Assembly (NCBI GenBank): GCA_031552145.1
Contig: JAVBMV010000007.1
Span: 226,486 to 290,485 of the forward strand
Reading direction: 5' to 3'
Source of the DNA: Myxococcales bacterium
Lineage (GTDB): Bacteria > Myxococcota > Myxococcia > Myxococcales > UBA5297
DNA: 64,000 bases
Both the position numbers and the translations under genes were made by a program. The notes below the pieces were generated by a model, which was given only the letters and a program-made list of their open reading frames with translations, was not told the DNA's origin and did no database searches. Position 1 is the first letter of the stretch. Each line of letters begins with the position of its first letter. Positions 23,958 to 32,119 of the stretch are shown here, piece by piece.

Positions 23958-26486
23958 TCAGTCGTGGTGAACGGGCTGAACCTTCCAGATCTCGTCCGCA
24001 TATTGCGAGATGGTGCGATCGGACGAGAAGTGGGAGGAGCGCGCGACGTTGAGAATGGCCATTGTGTCCCAATGCGCCTTGTCCTTCCAGGCCGCGGCCA
24101 CCTCCTCGTGGCACTTGGCGTAGGCGGCGAAGTCGGCCAGGAGCAGGTAGGTGTCGCCGCCATCGAGCAGCGAGTCGACGATGGGCTTGAAGAGCCCCGG
24201 CTCGTCGGGCGCAAAAGTGTTTTTGGAGATGGCGTCGAGCACGCCGCGCAGCTCCTGGTTGTTGCGGTAGTACTCGCGCGGGTCGTAGCCGCGCCGCTTG
24301 AACTCCTGTACCTGCTCGACCGTGAGGCCGAAGAGGAAGAAGTTCTCGGCCCCCACCTCTTCGCGGATCTCCACGTTGGCGCCATCGAGGGTGCCGATGG
24401 TGAGCGCGCCGTTGAGCGCGAACTTCATATTGCCGGTGCCCGAGGCCTCCTTGCCAGCGGTGGAGATCTGCTCGGAGAGGTCGCTCGCGGGGAAGATGCG
24501 CTCGGCCAACGAGACTCGGTAGTTTTTCAGGAAGGTGACCGAGAGGCGCCCTCGGACGTCGGAGTCGTGGTTCACCACATCGCCCACGGCGTTGATCAGC
24601 TTGATGATCAGCTTGGCCATCGTGTAGCCCGGCGCCGCCTTGCCGCCGAAGATGAAGGCGCGCGGCACGATCTCTTGGTTCGGGTCGGCCTTCAGCTTGT
24701 TGTAGAGCGAGATGATGTGCAGCACGTTGAGGAGCTGCCGCTTGTACTCGTGGATGCGCTTCACCTGCACGTCGAAGATGGCGTTCACATCGACCGAGAT
24801 GCCGTTCTCCGCCCGGATGATCTCCGCGAGCAGCTCCTTGTTGGCCTGCTTCACCTGGCGGAAGCGCTTCCTGAAGCCGGCGTCCAGGGCCAGGGGCTCC
24901 AGCCGTTTGATCTCCGAGAGATCGCGCGTCCAGCCGGTGCCGATACACTCGGAGATGAGAGAGGAGAGCGCGGGGTTGGCGCCGAGCAGCCAGCGGCGCG
25001 GGGTGACGCCGTTGGTCTTGCTGTTGAAGCGCTCGGGCCACATCTCGTGGAAATCGGGGAAGAGCTCTTTGATGAGGAGCGAGGTGTGCAGCTGCGCCAC
25101 GCCGTTGATCGAGTGGCTGCCGTAGACGGCCAAGTTGGCCATGCGCACCTGGCGCACCGGCCCCTCCTCGATGATTGACATGCGCCAGAGCTTCCCCGAG
25201 TCGGCGCCGTGGCGCCGCCGCACCTCTTGCAAGAGCTGCTCGTTGATCTCGTAAATGATCTCGATATGGCGCGGGAGGACGCGGGTGAAGAGCTCGACCG
25301 ACCAACGCTCCAAGGCCTCGGGGAGCAGCGTGTGGTTGGTATAGCCGAAGACCTTGCGCGAGATGGCCCAGGCGTCGTCCCAATCGAGCCCCTTCTCGTC
25401 GACCAGCACGCGCATCAGCTCGGCGATGGCGATGGCGGGGTGCGTATCGTTGAGCTGGATCGCCGTCTTCTCCGCGAACTGGTCGAAGGTGTCGTGGGTC
25501 TTGAGATAGCGGGTGATGATGTCCGCGATGGAGCAGGCGACGAAGAAGTACTGCTGCCGCAGGCGCAATTCCTTCCCCATGACCGTGACGTCATTGGGGT
25601 AGAGCACCTTGGAGATCTCCTCCGAGAGATTCTTCTCCTCGACCGCGGCGAGATAGTCGCCGGCGTTGAAGTCGGCCAGATCCAGCTCCTGCGACGCGCG
25701 GGCGCGCCATAGGCGCAGCGTGTTGACCACGCCGTTGCGGAAGCCGGCGATGGGCGTGTCGTAGGGCTTTCCGATCACCTTGCGCGCGTCGACCCAGACG
25801 CTGCGCGTGCGCCCCTTCTCATCGGTGCGCCGCTCGGTGCGTCCATAGAAAGAGACGGGCACCATGTACTCGGGGCGGGCGATCTCCCAAGGGTTGCCAT
25901 AGCGCAGCCAGCCTTCGGGGCGCTCCACCTGATAGCCGTTGCGGATCTCCTGATCGAAGATGCCGAACTCGTACCGGATGCCGTAGCCGTAGGCGGGCAG
26001 CGAGAGGGTGGCCATCGAGTCGAGGAAGCAGGCGGCGAGGCGCCCCAAGCCGCCATTGCCGAGCCCCGCGTCGGGCTCCTCCTCCAAGAGATCGGTGAGC
26101 TCCAGGCCCAGGCCCGCCAGCACCTGGCGCATCGTGTCGTAGAGGTCCAGGTTGAGCAGGTTGTTGCCCATCGCCCGCCCCATCAGGAACTCGAGCGAGA
26201 GGTAATAGACCCGCCGAGCGTCGGCCTTGTAGTAGGCCTGCTGGGTCTGCACCCAGCGGAGCATCATGCGGTCTCGGATCAACCGCGCAACCGAAACATA
26301 CCGGTCGTGCATCGTGGCGGTGTGCTCGTCGCGTCCCTGGGAAAATTGCAGGTGATCGACGTAGGCGCGCCGGAGCGTCTCCTGATCCATCCCGGTCCTG
26401 GCGTTGGGCAGCTCGCGCGCGCGCTCGAAGGCCTCGGCCTCGGCGCGGAGGTTGGTCGGACTCTTGTTCGGGAGGCGCATGTGCAT
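23958..26486 (-). CDS. glgP: Glycogen/alpha-glucan phosphorylase
   Basis: 842 aa. PLP-lysine region EISTAGKEASGTGNMKFALNGALTIGTLDGANVEI. N-terminal YLSLEFLMGR and LGNGGLGRLAACFLDS motifs. Confidence 0.95.
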   Translation of the reverse strand: MHMRLPNKSPTNLRAEAEAFERARELPNARTGMDQETLRRAYVDHLQFSQGRDEHTATMHDRYVSVARLIRDRMMLRWVQTQQAYYKADARRVYYLSLEFLMGRAMGNNLLNLDLYDTMRQVLAGLGLELTDLLEEEPDAGLGNGGLGRLAACFLDSMATLSLPAYGYGIRYEFGIFDQEIRNGYQVERPEGWLRYGNPWEIARPEYMVPVSFYGRTERRTDEKGRTRSVWVDARKVIGKPYDTPIAGFRNGVVNTLRLWRARASQELDLADFNAGDYLAAVEEKNLSEEISKVLYPNDVTVMGKELRLRQQYFFVACSIADIITRYLKTHDTFDQFAEKTAIQLNDTHPAIAIAELMRVLVDEKGLDWDDAWAISRKVFGYTNHTLLPEALERWSVELFTRVLPRHIEIIYEINEQLLQEVRRRHGADSGKLWRMSIIEEGPVRQVRMANLAVYGSHSINGVAQLHTSLLIKELFPDFHEMWPERFNSKTNGVTPRRWLLGANPALSSLISECIGTGWTRDLSEIKRLEPLALDAGFRKRFRQVKQANKELLAEIIRAENGISVDVNAIFDVQVKRIHEYKRQLLNVLHIISLYNKLKADPNQEIVPRAFIFGGKAAPGYTMAKLIIKLINAVGDVVNHDSDVRGRLSVTFLKNYRVSLAERIFPASDLSEQISTAGKEASGTGNMKFALNGALTIGTLDGANVEIREEVGAENFFLFGLTVEQVQEFKRRGYDPREYYRNNQELRGVLDAISKNTFAPDEPGLFKPIVDSLLDGGDTYLLLADFAAYAKCHEEVAAAWKDKAHWDTMAILNVARSSHFSSDRTISQYADEIWKVQPVHHD

Positions 26487-26634
26487 TGACTTAACTCCTT
26501 AGAGAGGCGCGAGTTTTACCGCTCTTGGGGCTCGGATGGGAGCCCTCTTCTTGGCCGGGGGGCCTTCGCCGCTTTCGTGCCCCCGTAGGGCTTCGGTGGT
26601 AGGATGGCTCCTCACTTTGGTGCCCCCCTTGTCC

Positions 26635-27690
26635 ATGCCCATACCTGTGCGAGCGAACGCTCGATTGGCCCACTTGCTGGCCGCCCCATTGGCTGCCTTG
26701 TCGATCGGCTTCTCCGGCTGCGCCCACTCGCCTTTCGATGAGCCGACGGGAACGCGCGCGCCCTATGTGCCCTACCGCATCGTCTCGCAGTTCGACCTGG
26801 AGCGCGAGGCGGCGAGATCCGAGAGCGCCGGGATGCCCGCGGGAGAGCGCCCGAAGCAGGGCGAGCACGAAACGGCCCAGGCGCGGCGGCGCAGGCTGGA
26901 GCAGAGCCTCGACCACTTCGTCAGGGGAGAGCGGGCGGGGCGCGAGCAGGTTGCCCACTCGGACCCCATGCCCGAAGAAGCGCGGCTGCGCTGGGCGCGC
27001 GTTCTGGCGGAGGTGGATGATTTCATGGTGGCCGATCGCACTGGCCGAGCGCTGGAGCTGGTTCGGGCTCGCACCGCGCTCGACGCGGAGCTGGAGCTCG
27101 ATCGGCGTCACTATGGCGCGCTCCCCTCGGGGCTGGAGCCGTCGATCAAGGCGCGCTGGATGGCGCTGAGCGCGCGGCTCTCGCGGCAGGAGGGGCGCCA
27201 GCAGAGTGCTGGCGCCGAACAGGAGGAGGCGCGCGGGTTCCCCTCGGGCGATCCGGACGCGCTCATCTGGCCGCTCACACCCGTGACCATCACCTCGCTC
27301 TATGGCTACCGGTTCGATCCCTTCAGCGGCGCTGGGCGCGAGCACAAAGGCGTCGATCTTCTCGCCGAGCAGGGCCAGAAGGTGAGGGCCGCCTCCGACG
27401 GCAGGGTGCTCTCGGCCGGCTGGGCGGGGGGGCATGGCCACTCGATCGAACTCTCGCATCGAGGCGAGCGGCAGACGCGCTATAGCCATCTCTCGAAGGT
27501 GTTGGTGCGATCGGGCCAGCGCGTGAAGCGGGGACAAGTGATCGGGCTCGCGGGCTCGAGTGGGCGCTCCACCGGCACGCATCTCCACTTCGAGCTGAAG
27601 GAGGGGGGGAAGCAAGTCGATCCCATGGCTTCGCTGATGGATCCCGTCGTGCTCGACCTCTCGCAAGAGGCGATGGGGGATGGGGAGTAG
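26635..27690 (+). CDS. M23-family (LytM-type) metallopeptidase lipoprotein
   Basis: Start taken at ATG 26635, giving the lipoprotein signal MPIPVRANARLAHLLAAPLAALSIGFSGC. M23 motifs HKGVDL, GHGHSIELSH and GTHLHFELK. Confidence 0.85.
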   Translation: MPIPVRANARLAHLLAAPLAALSIGFSGCAHSPFDEPTGTRAPYVPYRIVSQFDLEREAARSESAGMPAGERPKQGEHETAQARRRRLEQSLDHFVRGERAGREQVAHSDPMPEEARLRWARVLAEVDDFMVADRTGRALELVRARTALDAELELDRRHYGALPSGLEPSIKARWMALSARLSRQEGRQQSAGAEQEEARGFPSGDPDALIWPLTPVTITSLYGYRFDPFSGAGREHKGVDLLAEQGQKVRAASDGRVLSAGWAGGHGHSIELSHRGERQTRYSHLSKVLVRSGQRVKRGQVIGLAGSSGRSTGTHLHFELKEGGKQVDPMASLMDPVVLDLSQEAMGDGE

Positions 27691-27709
27691 GGCAAGCGGT
27701 GCGGTTATT

Positions 27710-27739
27710 TTGGCGACAATGCGCCTTTATCGCTAGAAT
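27710..27739 (+). promoter_or_regulatory. Putative sigma70-like promoter of the hipB-hipA-methyltransferase operon
   Basis: TTGGCG (27710-27715), 18-nt spacer, TAGAAT (27734-27739), in an AT-rich patch. ATG at 27749 is only ~10 nt downstream, so the transcript would be short-leader or leaderless. Confidence 0.35.
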
Positions 27740-27748
27740 AATGGCGCC

Positions 27749-28240
27749 ATGGCCCAAAAGATCTCGCCCCTGCTTCCCCCAACCGCGGAGCTGTTGCGAC
27801 AGCTCGGCGCACGGCTCAGGCTCGCCCGGCTGCGGCGCGGATTGACGGCGCGCCAAGTCGCGGAGAGAGCCGGCATGGCCCCGATGACCCTTCGCGGAGT
27901 AGAGAGGGGCGCGGCGGGAGCGACGATTGGCGCCTATGTAGCCGTCCTGCAGGTGCTCGGGCTCGAGAGCGCGCTGGCCCTGCTCGCCAAGAGCGACGAA
28001 GTGGGGCGCGAGCTGCAGGACGCCCAACTTCCGAGCAGGCCACGGCCCAGACGCGTCGCAGGCGGAGGGCGCGCCTCGAGTGCGAAGAAACATGAAGCGC
28101 CTCATGATGCTCCTTCGAAGGCGCAGAGTAAGGCTCCGAGCTGGGCCGCCGCCGCCGGCTTTGTCACCTCCGAGGAGCTGGCACGCGCGCGCTCCGCACC
28201 GCACCCCAGCACCCACACCGACGAAGACGAGCAGGAGTGA
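27749..28240 (+). CDS. hipB: XRE-family HTH protein, HipB-type antitoxin
   Basis: HTH LRLARLRRGLTARQVAERAGMAPMTLRGVERG. The stop overlaps the hipA start (GTGA, 28237-28240). Long, low-complexity C-terminal tail. Confidence 0.8.
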   Translation: MAQKISPLLPPTAELLRQLGARLRLARLRRGLTARQVAERAGMAPMTLRGVERGAAGATIGAYVAVLQVLGLESALALLAKSDEVGRELQDAQLPSRPRPRRVAGGGRASSAKKHEAPHDAPSKAQSKAPSWAAAAGFVTSEELARARSAPHPSTHTDEDEQE

Positions 28241-29511
28241 ACGTGTCCTCGATCGCGGTCTATGCGGGCTGGGGTGGCATCGGCGGGCCCACGCGCCTCG
28301 GCTGGATCCATCTACGCCAAGGTGGCGCGCGTGAACTCTTCGAATTCGAACTCGACGAGGGTGCGCTCGAGGATCCTGCCTTCGCCGGTCTTCACCTCGA
28401 CCCGCGCATAGGCTGGTACCCGGGGCGCCAGCATCCGCCGCATGGGTTCGCCACGTTTGGGCTCTTCAGCGACGCCAGCCCCGATCGATGGGGCCGTCTC
28501 TTGATGCGGCGGCGTCTGGAGCGGGAGCAGCGCGCGGGGCTCGTGGATAAGAGCGCGAGGCTGCGCGAGTCGGACTATCTGTTGGGGGTCCACGATTCTT
28601 TCCGCGTGGGTGGACTGCGCTTCCGCCTGGAAGATGCGGGTGCGTTTCTGGACGACAGGCATGGGATGGCAGCGCCTCCGTTGGTTCGGCTGCGCGAGTT
28701 GGAGGCGGCCAGCTTGGCCTTGGAGCGCGACACGGAGAACAGCGCGCCCGAGGGAGACGATTGGCTGAAGATGCTGCTGGCGCCAGGAGGCTCACTGGGC
28801 GGCGCGCGCCCCAAGGCGAGCGTGACCGATCCCGAGGGTGGGCTCTGGATAGCCAAGTTCCCCAGCGCGGGCGATCTTCACGACGTCGGTGGCTGGGAGA
28901 TGGTCGTGAATACGCTCGCTCACCAATGTGGACTCTCTGTTCCCGAAGTGATGGTGCAGCGCTTCTCGGGGCCGCACCACACCTTTTTGGTGAAGCGCTT
29001 CGATCGCGAGGGAGAGAGGCGCCTTCATTTTGCCTCCGCCATGACGTTGACCGGTCATAAAGATGGCGAAGATGGCTCGGTGGGTGTGAGCTATCTGGAG
29101 CTTGCGCAGGTGCTCGTCAAAGAGGGGGCAGAGGTCGAGCGTGACCTGCGGGAGCTGTGGTCGCGAGTGGTCTTCAATGTCCTCGTCTCCAACGCGGACG
29201 ATCACCTGCGCAACCACGGTTTTCTGCTGCGCCCCGGCAGAGGATGGTCCCTCTCGCCCGCCTATGATCTCAACCCCGTACCCATGGCCCAAGGGCTCAA
29301 GCTGAACATCAGCGAGGCGGACAATGCGCTCGAGCTCGCGCTCGCCCTGGAGGTCGCGCAGTTCTTCCGCGTGGGTGCAAGGGAGGCGAGCGAGATCGTG
29401 GCGCGATTCAAAGGCGTGGTTCGAGGGTGGCGGGCTATCGCCGCGCGCCTCTCGCTCCCGCGGCGTGAACAGGAGCGGCTGAGTGACGCCTTCCGGGCGA
29501 GTGAGAACTGA
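28237..29511 (+). CDS. hipA: HipA-family serine/threonine kinase toxin
   Basis: N-terminal HipA coupling region (IAVYAGW...RLGWIHL...FEFELDEGAL). GGSLGGARPKASV. Catalytic NADDHLRNHGFLL...WSLSPAYDLNP. Confidence 0.9.
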   Translation: MNVSSIAVYAGWGGIGGPTRLGWIHLRQGGARELFEFELDEGALEDPAFAGLHLDPRIGWYPGRQHPPHGFATFGLFSDASPDRWGRLLMRRRLEREQRAGLVDKSARLRESDYLLGVHDSFRVGGLRFRLEDAGAFLDDRHGMAAPPLVRLRELEAASLALERDTENSAPEGDDWLKMLLAPGGSLGGARPKASVTDPEGGLWIAKFPSAGDLHDVGGWEMVVNTLAHQCGLSVPEVMVQRFSGPHHTFLVKRFDREGERRLHFASAMTLTGHKDGEDGSVGVSYLELAQVLVKEGAEVERDLRELWSRVVFNVLVSNADDHLRNHGFLLRPGRGWSLSPAYDLNPVPMAQGLKLNISEADNALELALALEVAQFFRVGAREASEIVARFKGVVRGWRAIAARLSLPRREQERLSDAFRASEN

Positions 29512-30350
29512 TGAAGACGAATATCGAGCTCATCCAGGGCGACAACCTCGAGATAACCCGGCGCTTCGCCGACGCATCGTTCGACCTTATCTACATCGAT
29601 CCTCCCTTCAACACGGGGCGCGCCCAGTCGCGCACGCGCATCCGCGTGGCGCGCGCCGAGGGGGACGCCCCGGGCGACAGGACGGGCTTCCAGGGACGGC
29701 GCTACAGGACGGAGGTGCTGGGGAAGAGCGCCTACGCCGACGCCTTCGACGACTACATGGAGTTCCTGCTGCCGAGGCTTTTAGAGGCGCACCGGCTGCT
29801 CGCGCCGAGCGGCAGCTTCTTCCTGCACCTCGACTACCGCGAGGTCCATTACGCGAAGGTGGCGCTCGACGCGATCTTCGGTCGCGAGAGCTTCATCAAC
29901 GAACTGATCTGGGCCTACGACTACGGCGCGCGCGCGACGAAGCGCTGGTCGCCCAAGCATGACACCATTCTTTGGTATGCCAAGGATCCGGAGAACTACT
30001 GCTTCAACTACGATGAGATCGATCGCATCCCCTACATGGCCCCCGGCCTCGTGGGGCCCGAGAAGGCGGCGCGGGGGAAGACGCCCACCGACACCTGGTG
30101 GCACACCATCGTCAGCCCTAATGGCAAGGAGAAGACGGGCTACCCCACGCAGAAGCCGCTGGGGATCCTCACCCGCATCGTCCGCGTCCACTCGCGCCCC
30201 GGCGACAGGTTGCTCGACTTCTTCGCCGGCAGCGGCTCCTTCGGAGAGGCGGCGGCGCGCCTGGGGCGCCACGTCACCCTGGTGGACGAGAGCCCCGAGG
30301 CGATGGAGGTGATGCGGCGTCGTCTGGGGTGTTACCTGACGGCGCCATGA
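29511..30350 (+). CDS. Beta-class DNA methyltransferase (N6_N4_Mtase family; the DPPF motif suggests N6-adenine)
   Basis: Motif IV FDLIYIDPPFNTG lies N-terminal and motif I LDFFAGSGSFGEAA lies C-terminal (beta-class order). ATG 29511 overlaps the hipA stop (TGATG). No adjacent restriction endonuclease gene was recognised. Confidence 0.85.
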   Translation: MKTNIELIQGDNLEITRRFADASFDLIYIDPPFNTGRAQSRTRIRVARAEGDAPGDRTGFQGRRYRTEVLGKSAYADAFDDYMEFLLPRLLEAHRLLAPSGSFFLHLDYREVHYAKVALDAIFGRESFINELIWAYDYGARATKRWSPKHDTILWYAKDPENYCFNYDEIDRIPYMAPGLVGPEKAARGKTPTDTWWHTIVSPNGKEKTGYPTQKPLGILTRIVRVHSRPGDRLLDFFAGSGSFGEAAARLGRHVTLVDESPEAMEVMRRRLGCYLTAP

Positions 30351-30430
30351 AGGGCGCGGCAAGCGGCGCCCATCTCGACGCTGCATCTGGAGGAGGCGCG
30401 AGGGAAGGGCGCGGCAAGCGGCGCCCCTAC
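30349..30430. repeat. Two tandem copies of the GAAGGGCGCGGCAAGCGGCGCCC hairpin filling a convergent intergenic region
   Basis: Copy 1 (30349-30371) starts inside the methyltransferase stop codon. Copy 2 (30404-30430) ends on the stop codon (CTA, 30427-30429) of the minus-strand gene. The same element occurs at 22631-22656 and inverted at 22507-22530. Confidence 0.75.
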
Positions 30431-30969
30431 TTTGCTTTCGCCGCGCGCGCCTGGACGAGAGCAATGAACTCGTCCGAGATCGTCGTCATCGAGCGCGCGA
30501 AGGCGTTGAACCTGGCTCTGGCGCGGCGCGCATTCTTGTCGCTCTCCTCGGAGTCGAGCGGAGCCAACTCCAGCGACGCCAGCGCATCTTTCTGCCGCTG
30601 AGTCAGGAGCTTTCCAATCTCTTTGCCATCATCACCTCGAGTGGGCCTCTGGCGGAGCGCGGCGCCCTCCTTCAGGGTCGAGGCGCTGATCTCGCCCTGC
30701 TGCTTCATCTCGTCGCGCGCTTTCTTCAGCGCGGCGACGATGGCAGGGCGCTTCTTCTCGAGGTCCGCCTTGAACTGCTCGGCCCTGGCGCGCGCCTCTT
30801 TGAGCAGCGGCAGGATCTGACGTGCCTGCTCGGGAGTCAGGTCGAGCGCCTTGTCGATCTTGAGCGCCGAGATCTCCCGCTTCAGCGCGGCGACCTCGGG
30901 GTCATTCTCCGCGGCAGAGGCGGCGGTGGGTAGGAGCAGCAGGGAGAGCGCGATGGCGAGTCGTTTCAT
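30427..30969 (-). CDS. Periplasmic Spy/CpxP-like (LTxxQ-motif) helical protein
   Basis: Signal peptide MKRLAIALSLLLLPTAASA. LTPEQ motif. K/E/A-rich helical sequence. Last gene of the sigma/anti-sigma operon. Confidence 0.65.
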   Translation of the reverse strand: MKRLAIALSLLLLPTAASAAENDPEVAALKREISALKIDKALDLTPEQARQILPLLKEARARAEQFKADLEKKRPAIVAALKKARDEMKQQGEISASTLKEGAALRQRPTRGDDGKEIGKLLTQRQKDALASLELAPLDSEESDKNARRARARFNAFARSMTTISDEFIALVQARAAKAK

Positions 30970-31041
30970 GTCGTTCGTCCTTGTCGTTGACGGTCGAGGG
31001 CAGGTGTTTCATGGGTGAGAGACCCTCGGCGCGCGATTAGG

Positions 31042-31422
31042 TTAAGGCGCGTCGAGCTGGGCGAATGGAGAGAGGTGGGCGAGCTCTTCGGGGTAGCTCT
31101 CGAGGAGTTCACCGCTGCACCCCAAGTCGTAGGCCCAGGTGGGCCACTCCTCGGGGACTGGCTCCACCCACACAAAATCATCTGGCGCGCGCACCTCGCC
31201 GAAGTCGAAGAGCCAGAGACCGAGCGCCGCCGTGGCGACGGAGATGCCTCCAGCCAGCGCGAGCCTTCTGGGCCACGGCGTGCGCTGGGCATGAGGGAGC
31301 TTCAACCGCGCGGCCGCTGTTGGGGTGGCGCCCGCGGTCGATTCCAGAAGCGCGAGCACTTCGCGTGCCTTTGCGCATTCGGCGCAGCGCGCTGGATCGG
31401 GACAGTCGTGGAGGGCTTTCAT
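31042..31422 (-). CDS. zf-HC2-type anti-sigma factor
   Basis: N-terminal H-x-C-x6-C-x2-C (MKALHDCPDPARCAECAKA). One TM helix (LALAGGISVATAALGLWLF). The start overlaps the sigma-factor stop (ATGA, 31419-31422). Confidence 0.7.
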   Translation of the reverse strand: MKALHDCPDPARCAECAKAREVLALLESTAGATPTAAARLKLPHAQRTPWPRRLALAGGISVATAALGLWLFDFGEVRAPDDFVWVEPVPEEWPTWAYDLGCSGELLESYPEELAHLSPFAQLDAP

Positions 31423-31991
31423 GACTCTTCCTCACTGCGAATGAGCGACCGCAGGCGCGCGGTCGCCTGATGGAAGGTGACTCTCGCGTTGATCTCGGTG
31501 ATCGAGAGCGCGCAGGCGAGCTCCGCGAAAGAGAGTTCTGCGTCGATCCGCAGCGACACCACCTGGCGTTGGCGAAGCGAGAGCCGCCCCAGGCAGTCGC
31601 GCAGGCGCCGCCGCTCCTCCTCCATGACGAGCGGCTCGTGGTTCGTCGTCGCCACCTCGAGTGGCAGGCCCAAGAGGCGCCTCGCGCAGTCGCGAAGATA
31701 GTTGCGGCAGAGGTTCGAGGCTGCCTTGAAGAGATAGGGCTTGAAGGCGCCCGGCGCGCGCAGTCTCCGCAGCTTCGGCAGCGTCGCGACGAAGGTCCGT
31801 TGAACCAGCTCCTCCGCCTCGTCTGTGTCGCGCGCGTAGCGAAAGGCGAGGCGATAGAGCTGTCGGTAGTAGCGCGCGAAGAGCAGATCGAGCGCGCGCT
31901 GGTCGCCCTCGAGGTAGAGGCAAACCAGCTCGTGGTCGGCCGCGGGATCCGTGGCAGTGGCAAGAGGAAGGGCCTGGGCGATAGCGTGCAC
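31419..31991 (-). CDS. ECF-type sigma-70 factor
   Basis: Region 2 (LLFARYYRQLYRLAFRYARDTDEAEELVQRTF) and region 4 (LSLRQRQVVSLRIDAELSFAELACALSITEINARVTFHQATARL). The track start at 32117 would leave no space before the divergent gene at 32120. GTG 31991 is chosen but uncertain. Confidence 0.75.
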   Translation of the reverse strand: MHAIAQALPLATATDPAADHELVCLYLEGDQRALDLLFARYYRQLYRLAFRYARDTDEAEELVQRTFVATLPKLRRLRAPGAFKPYLFKAASNLCRNYLRDCARRLLGLPLEVATTNHEPLVMEEERRRLRDCLGRLSLRQRQVVSLRIDAELSFAELACALSITEINARVTFHQATARLRSLIRSEEES

Positions 31992-32054
31992 GATTGGAGA
32001 ACACGCGGCAGGGCAAAATGTTAGCGCCGGGGTCGCACGTCTTTCTTCGTTCCC

Positions 32055-32083
32055 TTGTGTCAGTACTCTCGGGAGGCTAAGAT
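32055..32083 (+). promoter_or_regulatory. Putative sigma70-like promoter for the ATPase gene at 32120
   Basis: TTGTGT (32055-32060), 17-nt spacer, TAAGAT (32078-32083), in an AT-rich patch. Imperfect inverted repeat CTAAGAT...ATCTTGG overlaps the -10. GAGG lies 7 nt before ATG 32120. Confidence 0.35.
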
Positions 32084-32119
32084 GTTTTACGTTATCTTGG
32101 CTCTCTAAATGAGGCAACC

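Noticed and set aside
22665-25383. 423-aa plus ORF (22665-23936), 672-aa minus ORF (23365-25383) and 413-aa plus ORF (23937-25178)
   Set aside because: They are antisense or off-frame relative to pfp and glgP, which have unambiguous family motifs in the called frames.
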